A stretch of 64,000 bases of DNA from a virus (lineage: Duplodnaviria; Caudoviricetes), in IMG/VR virus record IMGVR_UViG_3300025401_000648; one strand, 5' to 3'. Positions 22,627-31,731 of this stretch are shown in pieces. Numbering within the stretch: position 1 is the first letter of the stretch; each line of letters begins with the position of its first letter. The position numbers and the translations under genes were made by a program. The notes under the pieces were generated by a model. The model had not been told where the DNA came from. It was given only the letters and a program-made list of their open reading frames with translations, and ran no database searches.

Positions 22627-22769
22627 TTTAATTCTCCTTTGACAACCTTGCAATTATCAATATGATGTTTTTCTGTGTAATCGCTGGTTATTCTGCTCTG
22701 TGCGTTGGCAACAATTGCATAATACCAGCGAGTGTACTTGTTGGTCAAAAATGAATTTAGTATTGGCAT
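22614..22769 (-). pseudogene. 51-aa mini-ORF, internally deleted HNH homing endonuclease relic
   Basis: MPILNSFLTNKYTRWYYAIVANAQSRITSDYTEKHHI|DNCKVVKGELKFLV: typical phage HNH N-terminus joined directly to a DNCK-type C-terminal end; not in the ORF track. Confidence 0.7.
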
Positions 22770-22776
22770 AGTAATG

Positions 22777-22803
22777 TATTTATGGCTAGCACACGGCTAA
22801 ATA
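22777..22803. promoter_or_regulatory. Divergent pair of late promoters (TAAATA on each strand)
   Basis: Minus TAAATA 22777-22782 (7 nt to ATG 22769); plus TAAATA 22798-22803 (5 nt to ATG 22809). Confidence 0.7.
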
Positions 22804-22808
22804 TTATC

Positions 22809-23567
22809 ATGAACGAAAATGAAAACGCCCGCCAACAAGTTATAGATTACATTAAGACTTTCCTAGGTGATGGGATGGTTGATGTAGAACTGGATCCCAA
22901 GCACTATAATGTTGCTATAGATCGAGCTCTTGCCAAATATCGTCAGAGAAGCAGTAATGCTCAAGAAGAAAGTTTTGGATTCCTAACGCTACAGGTTAAT
23001 CAGAATGATTACACCATGCCCAAAGAAGTAACAGAAATTCGACAGCTATTTAGACGTAGTATTGGTAGTAGAAGCGGTGGTGGCGATGGCGGCAGTTTGT
23101 TCGAGCCCTTTAACTTGGCCTATTCCAACACCTATCTATTGGCATCAACCAACATGGGCGGCTTGGCTACTTATTACGCATTTGCTAGTTACCAAAAACA
23201 AGTTGGTAAAATGTTTGGTAGTGATATCAATTTTACCTACAATAGGACCAATAAAGTATTGACTATTATGCAACGTCCGCAGTCTGAAGAAGAAGTACTG
23301 GTTTGGATGTACAACTATCGTCCAGATTTTGACATTTTAGCGGATAATTTTGCTGGACAATGGATCAAGGACTTTGCCCTGGCCAGTTCTAAAATTATAT
23401 TAGGCGAGGCTCGTGAAAAATTTGCCACTATTGCCAGTCCACAAGGCGGTATTCAACTAAACGGCACTGCTCTTAAAAATGAAGGCAAAGCTGAATTAGA
23501 AGTTTTAGAGCAAGATCTAATTAACTACAAAGAAGGCGGAACACCGTTGACATGGGTAACCGGCTAA
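22809..23567 (+). CDS. T4 gp13-like neck protein
   Basis: LGDGMVDVELDPKHY, W.KDFALA..K.ILGEAREKF...PQGG..LNG; start moved to the ATG just after TAAATA. Confidence 0.8.
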   Translation: MNENENARQQVIDYIKTFLGDGMVDVELDPKHYNVAIDRALAKYRQRSSNAQEESFGFLTLQVNQNDYTMPKEVTEIRQLFRRSIGSRSGGGDGGSLFEPFNLAYSNTYLLASTNMGGLATYYAFASYQKQVGKMFGSDINFTYNRTNKVLTIMQRPQSEEEVLVWMYNYRPDFDILADNFAGQWIKDFALASSKIILGEAREKFATIASPQGGIQLNGTALKNEGKAELEVLEQDLINYKEGGTPLTWVTG

Positions 23568-23576
23568 TGCTATACT
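23547..23576 (+). promoter_or_regulatory. sigma70-type promoter (TTGACA-N18-TATACT, extended -10)
   Basis: TTGACA 23547-23552; TGcTATACT 23568-23576; ATG 6 nt later with no SD. Confidence 0.6.
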
Positions 23577-23582
23577 AGTTCA

Positions 23583-24323
23583 ATGAAACCTATTGAACTA
23601 TTTTACCATGTTTTTATTCCCGCTGATACTAGATACACCATGTGGAATTGGTGGATTGATCAGCAACTACAGCTAATCCAGCAAAGCAAATTACACACCA
23701 TAGCCCGTAAGGTCAGTATGGCGGTGACCATGCCACAGCATTATGGAGAAATTTCTCCTGGTACTGGCATTCCATTTAGATTGAACCGCAATAAATCTTC
23801 AGCGGTGACATTTATTTCAAAACTACGAGAATACGTCAGTGTTCGATATCCGTGGGTTGAAATTATTGACTTTAGAGATACCGGTGAAGTCAATATATTC
23901 GAAGGGCAGACGCTCCATCTACTATGGCTTAAATCTCAAACAGATGATTTTGATGTATTATACCTACATACCAAGGGTGTGGTCAGTGCTACTCCACAAG
24001 TGGCCTGCTGGCGAGAAATATTAAATCACTACTGTGTAACTGAGTGGCCCACTTGTATCAAAATGTTAGAAAATTGTGATCTTGTGGGAATTAAGGATCT
24101 GCGCTCTGATGAAAATAATACAGTTAGCGGTAATTTTTGGTGGTCCAAGGCAAGTCATATACGCACACTACCAGATCCACTAGCAGGTAACGATTCTGGC
24201 AGATATTATTACGAACACTGGATCAAATTAACAGATCCGTCAACACAGTTCATTGTAGATACTGAAACCGATCATCACGATGATTATTGTTTCCTGGAAA
24301 ATTTACTGAAAAAAAATCCTTGA
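23583..24323 (+). CDS. Hypothetical protein, possibly glycosyltransferase-related
   Basis: VLYLHTKGV, WREILNHY, SGNFWWSKASHI motifs resemble a family seen in large-virus glycosylation regions; function inferred only. Confidence 0.45.
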   Translation: MKPIELFYHVFIPADTRYTMWNWWIDQQLQLIQQSKLHTIARKVSMAVTMPQHYGEISPGTGIPFRLNRNKSSAVTFISKLREYVSVRYPWVEIIDFRDTGEVNIFEGQTLHLLWLKSQTDDFDVLYLHTKGVVSATPQVACWREILNHYCVTEWPTCIKMLENCDLVGIKDLRSDENNTVSGNFWWSKASHIRTLPDPLAGNDSGRYYYEHWIKLTDPSTQFIVDTETDHHDDYCFLENLLKKNP

Positions 24324-24373
24324 CTGGTTTAACATTTCTGTAATAAAATAAATTATTAACTGGGGGATACTAT

Positions 24374-25081
24374 ATGATCATTGGTGTGTGTGGTTTTATT
24401 GGGTCAGGTAAAGATACTATTGCTGACTATTTGACAAATTTTCATGGTTTTCGAAGAGAAAGTTTTGCCGGTAGTTTAAAGGACGCAGTAGCACAAGTGT
24501 TTGGTTGGGATCGAACTATGTTAGAAGGTCGAACTAATTCTGCCCGTGAATGGCGAGAACAAGTGGACACTTGGTGGGCTGAACGGTTAGACATGCCACA
24601 CCTAACCCCACGTTGGGTATTACAATATTGGGGCACAGAAGTTTGTCGCAATGGTTTTCATGATGATATTTGGATTTCTGCTCTGGAAAACAAACTACGC
24701 AACAGTAAGGACGATGTTGTTATCAGTGATTGTCGATTCCCTAACGAAATTAAATCAATCCGTGATGCGGGCGGTATTGTTATTCGGGTAAAGCGTGGCC
24801 CAGAGCCTGACTGGTATCGAGATGCCGCAGACATGAATGCCGGAGATCACTGTATAAATTGGGCACTTGCTTCAAATCGAATGAGACAGTTGGGCATACA
24901 TGCGTCAGAGACTGCTTGGGTAGGTACCAAATTTGATCATGTTTTAGAAAATGACAGCAGTATAGACAATTTATATGCTCAGGTTAGATCATTGATTAAA
25001 AGTCCGGAGTTAGAGCCCCTTGACGCCAGCGAACGCCCTCTTTATGTAGGACTCGTTGACAATTGGCACACACCGTCTTAA
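24374..25081 (+). CDS. Deoxynucleoside monophosphate kinase (T4 gp1-like)
   Basis: GFIGSGKDT P-loop, TPRWVLQYWGTE, VISDCRFPNE, HASE. Confidence 0.9.
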   Translation: MIIGVCGFIGSGKDTIADYLTNFHGFRRESFAGSLKDAVAQVFGWDRTMLEGRTNSAREWREQVDTWWAERLDMPHLTPRWVLQYWGTEVCRNGFHDDIWISALENKLRNSKDDVVISDCRFPNEIKSIRDAGGIVIRVKRGPEPDWYRDAADMNAGDHCINWALASNRMRQLGIHASETAWVGTKFDHVLENDSSIDNLYAQVRSLIKSPELEPLDASERPLYVGLVDNWHTPS

Positions 25082-25331
25082 GATTCAAGACGCTGTTGTT
25101 CATTAAATTTCCATCAATATGGAACACATCAAACTGTTCCATATGTTTGCTACTGAATCCACATTTATCACAGGCATTCTTCTTTTTATAGCCTGCTAGA
25201 GCCCATAACGGGTTTCCTTGTTCACGGCTTCGGCTACAGTGATCACACTTAGACCTATAATAAGGTCTTCCTTCTTTATAGTAGTTGACTGCTACTGGTC
25301 TTTGTCGACATATCTTACATAAATTTCTCAT
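24996..25331 (-). CDS. Zn-finger HNH endonuclease
   Basis: CxxC pairs, VFHIDGNLMNN...NLKTVCANC. Confidence 0.8.
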   Translation of the reverse strand: MRNLCKICRQRPVAVNYYKEGRPYYRSKCDHCSRSREQGNPLWALAGYKKKNACDKCGFSSKHMEQFDVFHIDGNLMNNSVLNLKTVCANCQRVLHKEGVRWRQGALTPDF

Positions 25332-25431
25332 ACCCGCCCTTTTCGTGCCCTTTTGTCATGGTATTTACCCTGGTTTTTTTCTAATATACAGCTAAATAAA
25401 ACAAAGTAATCCAATTAAGGAGATTTAAAAC

Positions 25432-28400
25432 ATGGCTACAGTATTAGGTTCCCCAGGCGTAAGCGTAACGGTAGTAGACGAGAGTTTCTACACACCGGCA
25501 GCCCCTGGCAGCACTCCAGTTATTTTCGTTGCTACCGCGGCGAACAAACAAAACGCCAGCGCAACAGGCACAGCACAGGGTACTTTAAGTTCCAATGCTG
25601 GTAACGTGTATGTGCTATCAAGTCAACGCAACTTAACCGATACATTTGGTACACCGCGTTTTTACACAGATGCGTCAAGCAATCCTATTAACGGCGACGA
25701 ATTAAACGAATATGGATTACAAGCGGCATACAGCTTATTAGGTATTAGTTCAAAAGCCTATGTTGTTCGTGCTGATATTGACCTAGGACAACTTGTTCCT
25801 ACAACTACTGCTCCAGAAGGTACGCCAGTAGCAGGCACTTACTGGGTGAATCCAGTAACTAGCTCATTTGGTATTAACCAATGGAGTAGTTCAACACAGA
25901 GTTTTAGTGTAATAACTCCATTAATCATTGACAATGATAATTTTGACGCAACTACTACAGTAGCAGGTCTTCCAGCTGATAGTTTTGGCAAACCAGGCGA
26001 CTATGCTATGATTGTTACATCAGACAACGGCGCAACAATGACTCCTGATGCTTTATATTACAAGACATCAGCAAACAGCAATGCTTGGGTAGAAGTAGAA
26101 TATGGTTTTGATGGTGGAAAACAATTAGTAATTGGACCACACACAAGTTACCCAGATTTTACCACATCAACTGGATCAAGCGCAGATACTGGTAGTGTAT
26201 GGATTAAAACAACTACTCCTGGTATGGGCGCAAATTGGGTGGTAAAATATTACAATGGTGCTACATCTAGTTGGACTAGTGTAACAGCCCCATTATACAA
26301 CAGCAACCTACAAGCTCTATATAATTATGATTTTGCCGGTGGCGGATCAAACATCGCTGTAGGTACAACCTATGTTGAAACTGATCCTGATCATTATGGA
26401 ATAACAACTGCTACAACAGCGGTTGCTGAATTCAAAGTTAAGAGATACACAAGTAATGGTCCAACTTCTATTGTTAGTCCAGCAACTACCTTCAAGAGCA
26501 CATTAACTAACAAAACTTTTGTTATCAGAGAAACATTACAAGGTTCAGCACAGTGGGCCAATACAGCAACTATCACTGTTCCGTCAGATTTTGTAAACAC
26601 ATTGGCGGCTAACATTGCTACAGCAATTAACGTATCTGGTATGACTAATGTCAGTGCTAGTTACAATACACTTACAAACAAATTAACTATTACCCACGCA
26701 TTGGGTGGTGATTTTGAATTGTATGACTACGCAGGTACTCCGTTGGCCGATGTTGGATTTAGTGCTTACAGCTACGATTCAGCAACAATGACAGCTACTG
26801 GAACTCCTAATTTGTACACAGCTCCTATGGCTGATTTAACCACAGTATCAGGAAATCCTCCTTATACATTTATTGCCAGTAACTGGGCTCCATTGGTTTA
26901 CGAAGCATCCGCTGTAGCACCAAGTACTGCTCCAGCAGATGGTACACTATGGTTTGACAGCAGTATCAGTTCAGTTGATATTCTATACAACAACGGCAGT
27001 GCTTGGGTTGGTTATTTAAACGCTTTCCCAAGTACAGATCCAAACGGTCCAATTGTGTCAGCACTAGCTCCAACAACACAGAGCAATGGTAACGCATTGG
27101 TAACTGGTGATATTTGGATCAGTACAGCAGTCATTGACAATTATGGTCAAGTAATTTATGTTTACAACAGCGTAACTGGTGGCTGGGTATTACAAGATAC
27201 CACCGACCATCATACCCCAAATGGTTGGGTTTACGCAGATGCTCGCTGGACATCAGGAGTTGATACTAATTATCAACCAGCTACAATTTCAGCACTATTA
27301 AACAGCAACTATGTTGATAGCGACTGTGTAAGTCCATTACTATATCCAAAGGGTACACGTTTGTATAACCTACGTTGGAGTGGTAACAATGTTAAGAAAT
27401 ACATGATGAACTATATCACCGGAGTTGAAGGTGATGTGGGTGATCGTTGGGTTTCTGTTAGCCCTAATAATGCGCTTGGTCAAGGCCAATTTGGTCGTTT
27501 AGCACAACGCAGTATTATTGTTGAATCACTAAAAGCAACAATTGATACAAACACAGCAATCCGTGATACTGAAACATTGACATTTAACTTGATTGCCTGC
27601 CCAGGATATCCTGAAGTAGTACAAAACCTAGTTAACTATAATACAGATGTTGGTAACACAGCATTTGTCATTGGTGATACACCATTCCGTTTACCGGCAG
27701 ATTCTAACTCATTGAATAACTGGGGTAGCAACGCTGCACTTGCCGCAGATAACGGTGATCAAGGTGCGGTAACATATGATGACTATTTGGCATTCTTCTA
27801 TCCAAGTGGGTTGACCAATGACAATACTGGTAACAAAATTGTTGTTCCGCCAAGTCACATGATGTTAAGCACAATCGTTAACAGTGATGCCGTAAGCTAT
27901 GAGTGGTTTGCTCCAGCTGGTTTAAATCGCGGTGGAATTATCAATGCTACTTCAGTAGGCTACATTGATAGTACTACAGGCGAATTCCAAACAGTAAGCC
28001 TATATGAAAGCCTACGTGATATAATGGCCAGTGTTAAAGTTAATCCAATCGCAACACTAAAAGGTGCTGGCATTGTTAACATGGGTCAATACACACGTTC
28101 AAAGGTTTCTAGCGCATTAGATCGTATCAACGTAGCTCGCTTAGTAGGTTACCTACGTAGACAGTTAAGCATATTATCTAAACCATATTTGTTTGAGCCA
28201 AATGACAATCAAACACGTGGTGAAGTTAAAAATGCTGTTGAAAGTTTGCTATTAGAATTGGTTGGTCAACGTGCTTTGAATGACTTCATTGTAGTATGTG
28301 ATACAAGTAACAACACACCTGCTACTATTGATAGAAATGAATTGCATGTAGACATTGCTATTGAACCAGTTAAAGCAGTTGAATTCATTTACATACCGCT

Positions 28401-28473
28401 ACGTATCCTTAACACTGGTGCGATTGCGGCTGGTAACCTTGGGGCAGGATTTCCTGGCTCTGGAAGCAAATAA
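25432..28473 (+). CDS. Tail sheath protein (T4 gp18-like)
   Basis: SPGVSV N-terminus, WFAPAGLNRG, INVARL, LFEPND, EFIYIPL; TAAATA 25393-25398 and AAGGAG. Confidence 0.93.
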   Translation: MATVLGSPGVSVTVVDESFYTPAAPGSTPVIFVATAANKQNASATGTAQGTLSSNAGNVYVLSSQRNLTDTFGTPRFYTDASSNPINGDELNEYGLQAAYSLLGISSKAYVVRADIDLGQLVPTTTAPEGTPVAGTYWVNPVTSSFGINQWSSSTQSFSVITPLIIDNDNFDATTTVAGLPADSFGKPGDYAMIVTSDNGATMTPDALYYKTSANSNAWVEVEYGFDGGKQLVIGPHTSYPDFTTSTGSSADTGSVWIKTTTPGMGANWVVKYYNGATSSWTSVTAPLYNSNLQALYNYDFAGGGSNIAVGTTYVETDPDHYGITTATTAVAEFKVKRYTSNGPTSIVSPATTFKSTLTNKTFVIRETLQGSAQWANTATITVPSDFVNTLAANIATAINVSGMTNVSASYNTLTNKLTITHALGGDFELYDYAGTPLADVGFSAYSYDSATMTATGTPNLYTAPMADLTTVSGNPPYTFIASNWAPLVYEASAVAPSTAPADGTLWFDSSISSVDILYNNGSAWVGYLNAFPSTDPNGPIVSALAPTTQSNGNALVTGDIWISTAVIDNYGQVIYVYNSVTGGWVLQDTTDHHTPNGWVYADARWTSGVDTNYQPATISALLNSNYVDSDCVSPLLYPKGTRLYNLRWSGNNVKKYMMNYITGVEGDVGDRWVSVSPNNALGQGQFGRLAQRSIIVESLKATIDTNTAIRDTETLTFNLIACPGYPEVVQNLVNYNTDVGNTAFVIGDTPFRLPADSNSLNNWGSNAALAADNGDQGAVTYDDYLAFFYPSGLTNDNTGNKIVVPPSHMMLSTIVNSDAVSYEWFAPAGLNRGGIINATSVGYIDSTTGEFQTVSLYESLRDIMASVKVNPIATLKGAGIVNMGQYTRSKVSSALDRINVARLVGYLRRQLSILSKPYLFEPNDNQTRGEVKNAVESLLLELVGQRALNDFIVVCDTSNNTPATIDRNELHVDIAIEPVKAVEFIYIPLRILNTGAIAAGNLGAGFPGSGSK

Positions 28474-28495
28474 TTAAGAATAAGGAGCATTTAAC

Positions 28496-29128
28496 ATGCC
28501 AGTTTCAAGTTTAAGTAATTTTTCAGTACCGTTAGCAAACAACGCGGGATCAAGTTCCCAAGGTTTGTTGATGCCAAAACTAAGGTATCGTTTTCGCGTT
28601 ACTTTAAATGGCTTTGGCGTGGCTGGTAATCCTACAACAGAATTAACCAAACAAGTCATGAACGTGACTCGTCCAGAAGTTAGTTTTGAAGAAATTAAAG
28701 TGGCTGTTTATAACAGCACAGTAAAATTAGCAGGACGTCATAGTTTTGCTGATATTAAACTAAATGTTCGTGATGATGTTACTAATGCTGTTAGTAAAAA
28801 AGTTGCTGAACAAATGCAAAAACAATTTGATTTCTTTGAACAAGCCAGTGCAGCTTCAGGTATTGACTACAAGTTTGCCACACTAATTGAAATATTAGAT
28901 GGTGGTAACGGTAGCTTTACTCCAAATGTATTGGAAACATTCCAATTGGACGGATGCTGGATTAAAACTGTTACATACCAAGGTGGGGATTACACAAACA
29001 ATGATCCATTAGATATTGCTATGACAATTTGTTACGATAATGCTACACAAGTTGATGGAGCAGGAAACGTAACTGGTCTAGGCGTAAATATTGGACGTAC
29101 AGCACGTACTCTAGCCATAGGTGGTTAA
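28496..29128 (+). CDS. Tail tube protein (T4 gp19-like)
   Basis: Directly after the sheath; LMPKLRYRFRV, VTRPEVSF, GCWIK, ICYDNA. Confidence 0.85.
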   Translation: MPVSSLSNFSVPLANNAGSSSQGLLMPKLRYRFRVTLNGFGVAGNPTTELTKQVMNVTRPEVSFEEIKVAVYNSTVKLAGRHSFADIKLNVRDDVTNAVSKKVAEQMQKQFDFFEQASAASGIDYKFATLIEILDGGNGSFTPNVLETFQLDGCWIKTVTYQGGDYTNNDPLDIAMTICYDNATQVDGAGNVTGLGVNIGRTARTLAIGG

Positions 29129-29145
29129 TTTTAACTAAAGCAGGC

Positions 29146-29176
29146 AAAGCCAGGAGTAAAAATCCTGGCTTTTTTT
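29146..29176 (+). terminator. Intrinsic terminator
   Basis: AAAGCCAGGA-GTAAAAA-TCCTGGCTTT followed by a T-run. Confidence 0.85.
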
Positions 29177-29193
29177 ATTGACTAAATAATTTT

Positions 29194-30423
29194 ATGAGTA
29201 ATGCGTTCACTAATTTTCTAGGAAATGTAACTGACGGGTTTTTAGGCAATCCATCGCCTACTATGAAAGACCGTGTACATGCCAGCAATTTATATGTTGC
29301 CAACACGTATGCTAGAGCACCAAAGTTAGGATTTCTATATTTTTTATCTTTTAACTACAATCAAAATGTTGTAAGAGATGCCGCCTGGGCCAAGACAGGC
29401 GAAACAGATGTTGGACTATTGGCTAAAAAAGTGGATCTCCCTAGATTTAAAATTTCCACTGATACGTTAAATCAATACAATAGAAAAACCAAGATACAAA
29501 CTAAGTTAGACTACGAACCTATTAATATTGAATTTCATGATGATAACAGTAACCTTACTAGTGGGCTTTGGAGAAATTATTACAAGTATTATTACACAGA
29601 TAGTACTTATGGCGGATCTAATGATTTTACAGTGGCTAGCTCTCCAGCAAAATCAAGTGTTGTAAAACAACTATTTGGCGGGTTGAGCGCTCCTGGCAGT
29701 AAAAAGAATAAAGGATCTACAGCTAAACCAGCTATGAGTCAAGCATATAGTGATACAAAATTTAGTTCTTCAAATTATCTCTATGGGTTGAGCAGTTTCC
29801 AAAAAGATCCGTTTTTTAGTAGCATAGATATCTATGTGTTACACCAACACAAATTTACACAGTTTACACTAGTAAATCCACTGATAACAGAATGGGCACA
29901 CGACAATTTAGATCAAGACCAGGGCGGCAAGATTTTACATAATCGAATGACAGTGACCTACGAAAATGTGTTTTATCAATCTGGAAAAATTACCAAGGGT
30001 TCAGATTCTGGTGCGTTCACAAATTATTATTATGATACCACCCCTAGTCCATTAAGCATTGGTGGTAAAGGATCTAATTCATTGTTTGGCCCTGGTGGTA
30101 TTGTCGCTGGTACTGAAGCAATATTTGGTGAAAATGGCGCAATCGCAGAAGGAAATTATCTAGGGGCCGCACTTCAAACTGTTACCTTACTTAAAAATGC
30201 GGCAAATATCACCAAGTCAAGTTTAGTATCAGAAGGTTATAGTATAGCCAATGGAGCATTGAACAGCATAGCAAGTGGTGGAAATCAACCAGGTGGTATT
30301 GGAAGTCAAGCGGCTGCGGCAATTAGTCAAACTAATCCAGGCGCGGCAATATTCTTTTCAGGTTCAAATAATTCCAGCGTAAATGGAAATATTGTAGCTT
30401 CACCAGTTAACACACGAAAATAA
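29194..30423 (+). CDS. Tail-tube-like baseplate protein (gp48/gp54-like)
   Basis: VDLPRF, LNQYNRK, YEPINIEFHDD, LVNPLITEWAHD, MTVTYE; position after the tube gene. Confidence 0.6.
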   Translation: MSNAFTNFLGNVTDGFLGNPSPTMKDRVHASNLYVANTYARAPKLGFLYFLSFNYNQNVVRDAAWAKTGETDVGLLAKKVDLPRFKISTDTLNQYNRKTKIQTKLDYEPINIEFHDDNSNLTSGLWRNYYKYYYTDSTYGGSNDFTVASSPAKSSVVKQLFGGLSAPGSKKNKGSTAKPAMSQAYSDTKFSSSNYLYGLSSFQKDPFFSSIDIYVLHQHKFTQFTLVNPLITEWAHDNLDQDQGGKILHNRMTVTYENVFYQSGKITKGSDSGAFTNYYYDTTPSPLSIGGKGSNSLFGPGGIVAGTEAIFGENGAIAEGNYLGAALQTVTLLKNAANITKSSLVSEGYSIANGALNSIASGGNQPGGIGSQAAAAISQTNPGAAIFFSGSNNSSVNGNIVASPVNTRK

Positions 30424-30425
30424 TA

Positions 30426-30803
30426 ATGGCAAATACCACATATAATAATATACCCTTTGAATCGGTACTCAGTTCAAACAGTACAGTACAGTCTTTTGAC
30501 AGCTATTATAGTAAGCCTGTTGAATTAAATTCAGGAGTACTAAATGCTGTGACGGCATTCTTTACCAAGAGAGGATTCGATCCACAAGCCGCACAATCAA
30601 TAGCTGTGATAATTATCAAACAGGCCAAAAAAGACAATTACAATCCAATGACTATTTTGGATACTATTTCAGGCTATGATTCAGCACAGATCAGCGCACT
30701 GGTCACTGAAATCCTAAACTACAATAGATATAAATCCAGTTTCCTTGGATATGCTTTGGCATTTGTTACCAATCCAGAAGTAGCACGTAATATTTTAGCA
30801 TGA
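30426..30803 (+). CDS. Hypothetical protein
   Basis: Compact ORF, translationally coupled to both neighbours. Confidence 0.6.
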   Translation: MANTTYNNIPFESVLSSNSTVQSFDSYYSKPVELNSGVLNAVTAFFTKRGFDPQAAQSIAVIIIKQAKKDNYNPMTILDTISGYDSAQISALVTEILNYNRYKSSFLGYALAFVTNPEVARNILA

Positions 30804-31237
30804 AATTTAGTCAAGGTGTATATCAGGTAAAGAACCCTGAAAAATATATGGGTAATAAGGCTCCTACATATCGTAGTGGCTGGGAATATACCTTTATGAC
30901 ATTTTGTGATAATAATCCTAGTATACAGCAGTGGTCCAGTGAAAGTGTTAAAATTCCCTACAGGGATCCGCTGACAGGAAAAAATACAATTTATATTCCT
31001 GATTTTTTAATCAGCTATGTGGATAAAAAATTAAAGAAACATGTTGAACTTATTGAGATAAAACCTTCAAATCAAACACTAGCTGAAAAAGTTGGAAAAA
31101 ATCCCTATAATCAAGCTCAGTATGTTAAGAACATGGCCAAGTGGGAAGCTGCCAGCGCATGGTGTCGAAGTCAAGGAATCAAATTTAGAATATTGAATGA
31201 AACCGATATCTATCAAAATACTAAGAAAGTGAAATAA
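30800..31237 (+). CDS. Head-completion nuclease (T4 gp4-like, TnsA-type)
   Basis: YRSGWE, WSSE, YIPDF, ELIEIKP, KWEAA motifs. Confidence 0.85.
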   Translation: MKFSQGVYQVKNPEKYMGNKAPTYRSGWEYTFMTFCDNNPSIQQWSSESVKIPYRDPLTGKNTIYIPDFLISYVDKKLKKHVELIEIKPSNQTLAEKVGKNPYNQAQYVKNMAKWEAASAWCRSQGIKFRILNETDIYQNTKKVK

Positions 31238-31245
31238 GTAAGAGT

Positions 31246-31725
31246 ATGACAAAGAAACTAGAAGAAATATTTGATTTACCCGAAGACAATGGTCCTGTTA
31301 TTGAGCCGCCATCGGGTCCAACAAACACACAGGTTATTAATCTAGAAGAAAAACTAGAAGAGTTTGATAAAATTGCTGCCGCCTTGCCTCGAGTAAAGGG
31401 CTTAGGCGACATCAGCGATTCGGAATTAGATGCCTTGGCCGCAAAAGCAGAACAGGCCTATGATGACCTAATGGACTTGGGCATGAATGTTGAAGCACGT
31501 TACGGAGCTCGTATGTTTGAAGTAGCCGCTAACATGATGAATGCCGCTATCACAGCTAAAACCAATAAAATAGAAAAGAAGTTAAAGATGGTAGATCTGC
31601 AGCTCAAAAAGCTGGCAATTGATAAGAAACACGGGAATGAGAGTGGGGAAACAGTTGAAGGTGAGGGTTATATACTTACAGATCGCAACAGCATCCTAGA
31701 AAAAATCAAAAATATGAATAAATAA
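31246..31725 (+). CDS. Hypothetical helical protein, candidate terminase small subunit
   Basis: Size, coiled-coil character, ILTDRNSILE C-terminus and proximity to terL; inference only. Confidence 0.4.
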   Translation: MTKKLEEIFDLPEDNGPVIEPPSGPTNTQVINLEEKLEEFDKIAAALPRVKGLGDISDSELDALAAKAEQAYDDLMDLGMNVEARYGARMFEVAANMMNAAITAKTNKIEKKLKMVDLQLKKLAIDKKHGNESGETVEGEGYILTDRNSILEKIKNMNK

Positions 31726-31731
31726 ATTACT

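Noticed and set aside
22627-22653. TTG start MQGCQRRIK for the gp14-like gene
   Set aside because: No SD upstream of the TTG, whereas AAGGAG lies 7 nt before the ATT.
21350-22769. Group I/II intron or T4 gene 60-type bypass as explanation of the two inserts
   Set aside because: 52 and 143 nt are too short for self-splicing cores, and no matched take-off/landing codons flank the stops. Not formally excluded without RT-PCR or proteomics.
25315-25359. Mini-ORF MTKGHEKGGYEKFM upstream of the HNH gene as another restart cassette
   Set aside because: Its ATG is only 2 nt after TAAATA and so probably upstream of the TSS; the HNH gene has a normal ATG.
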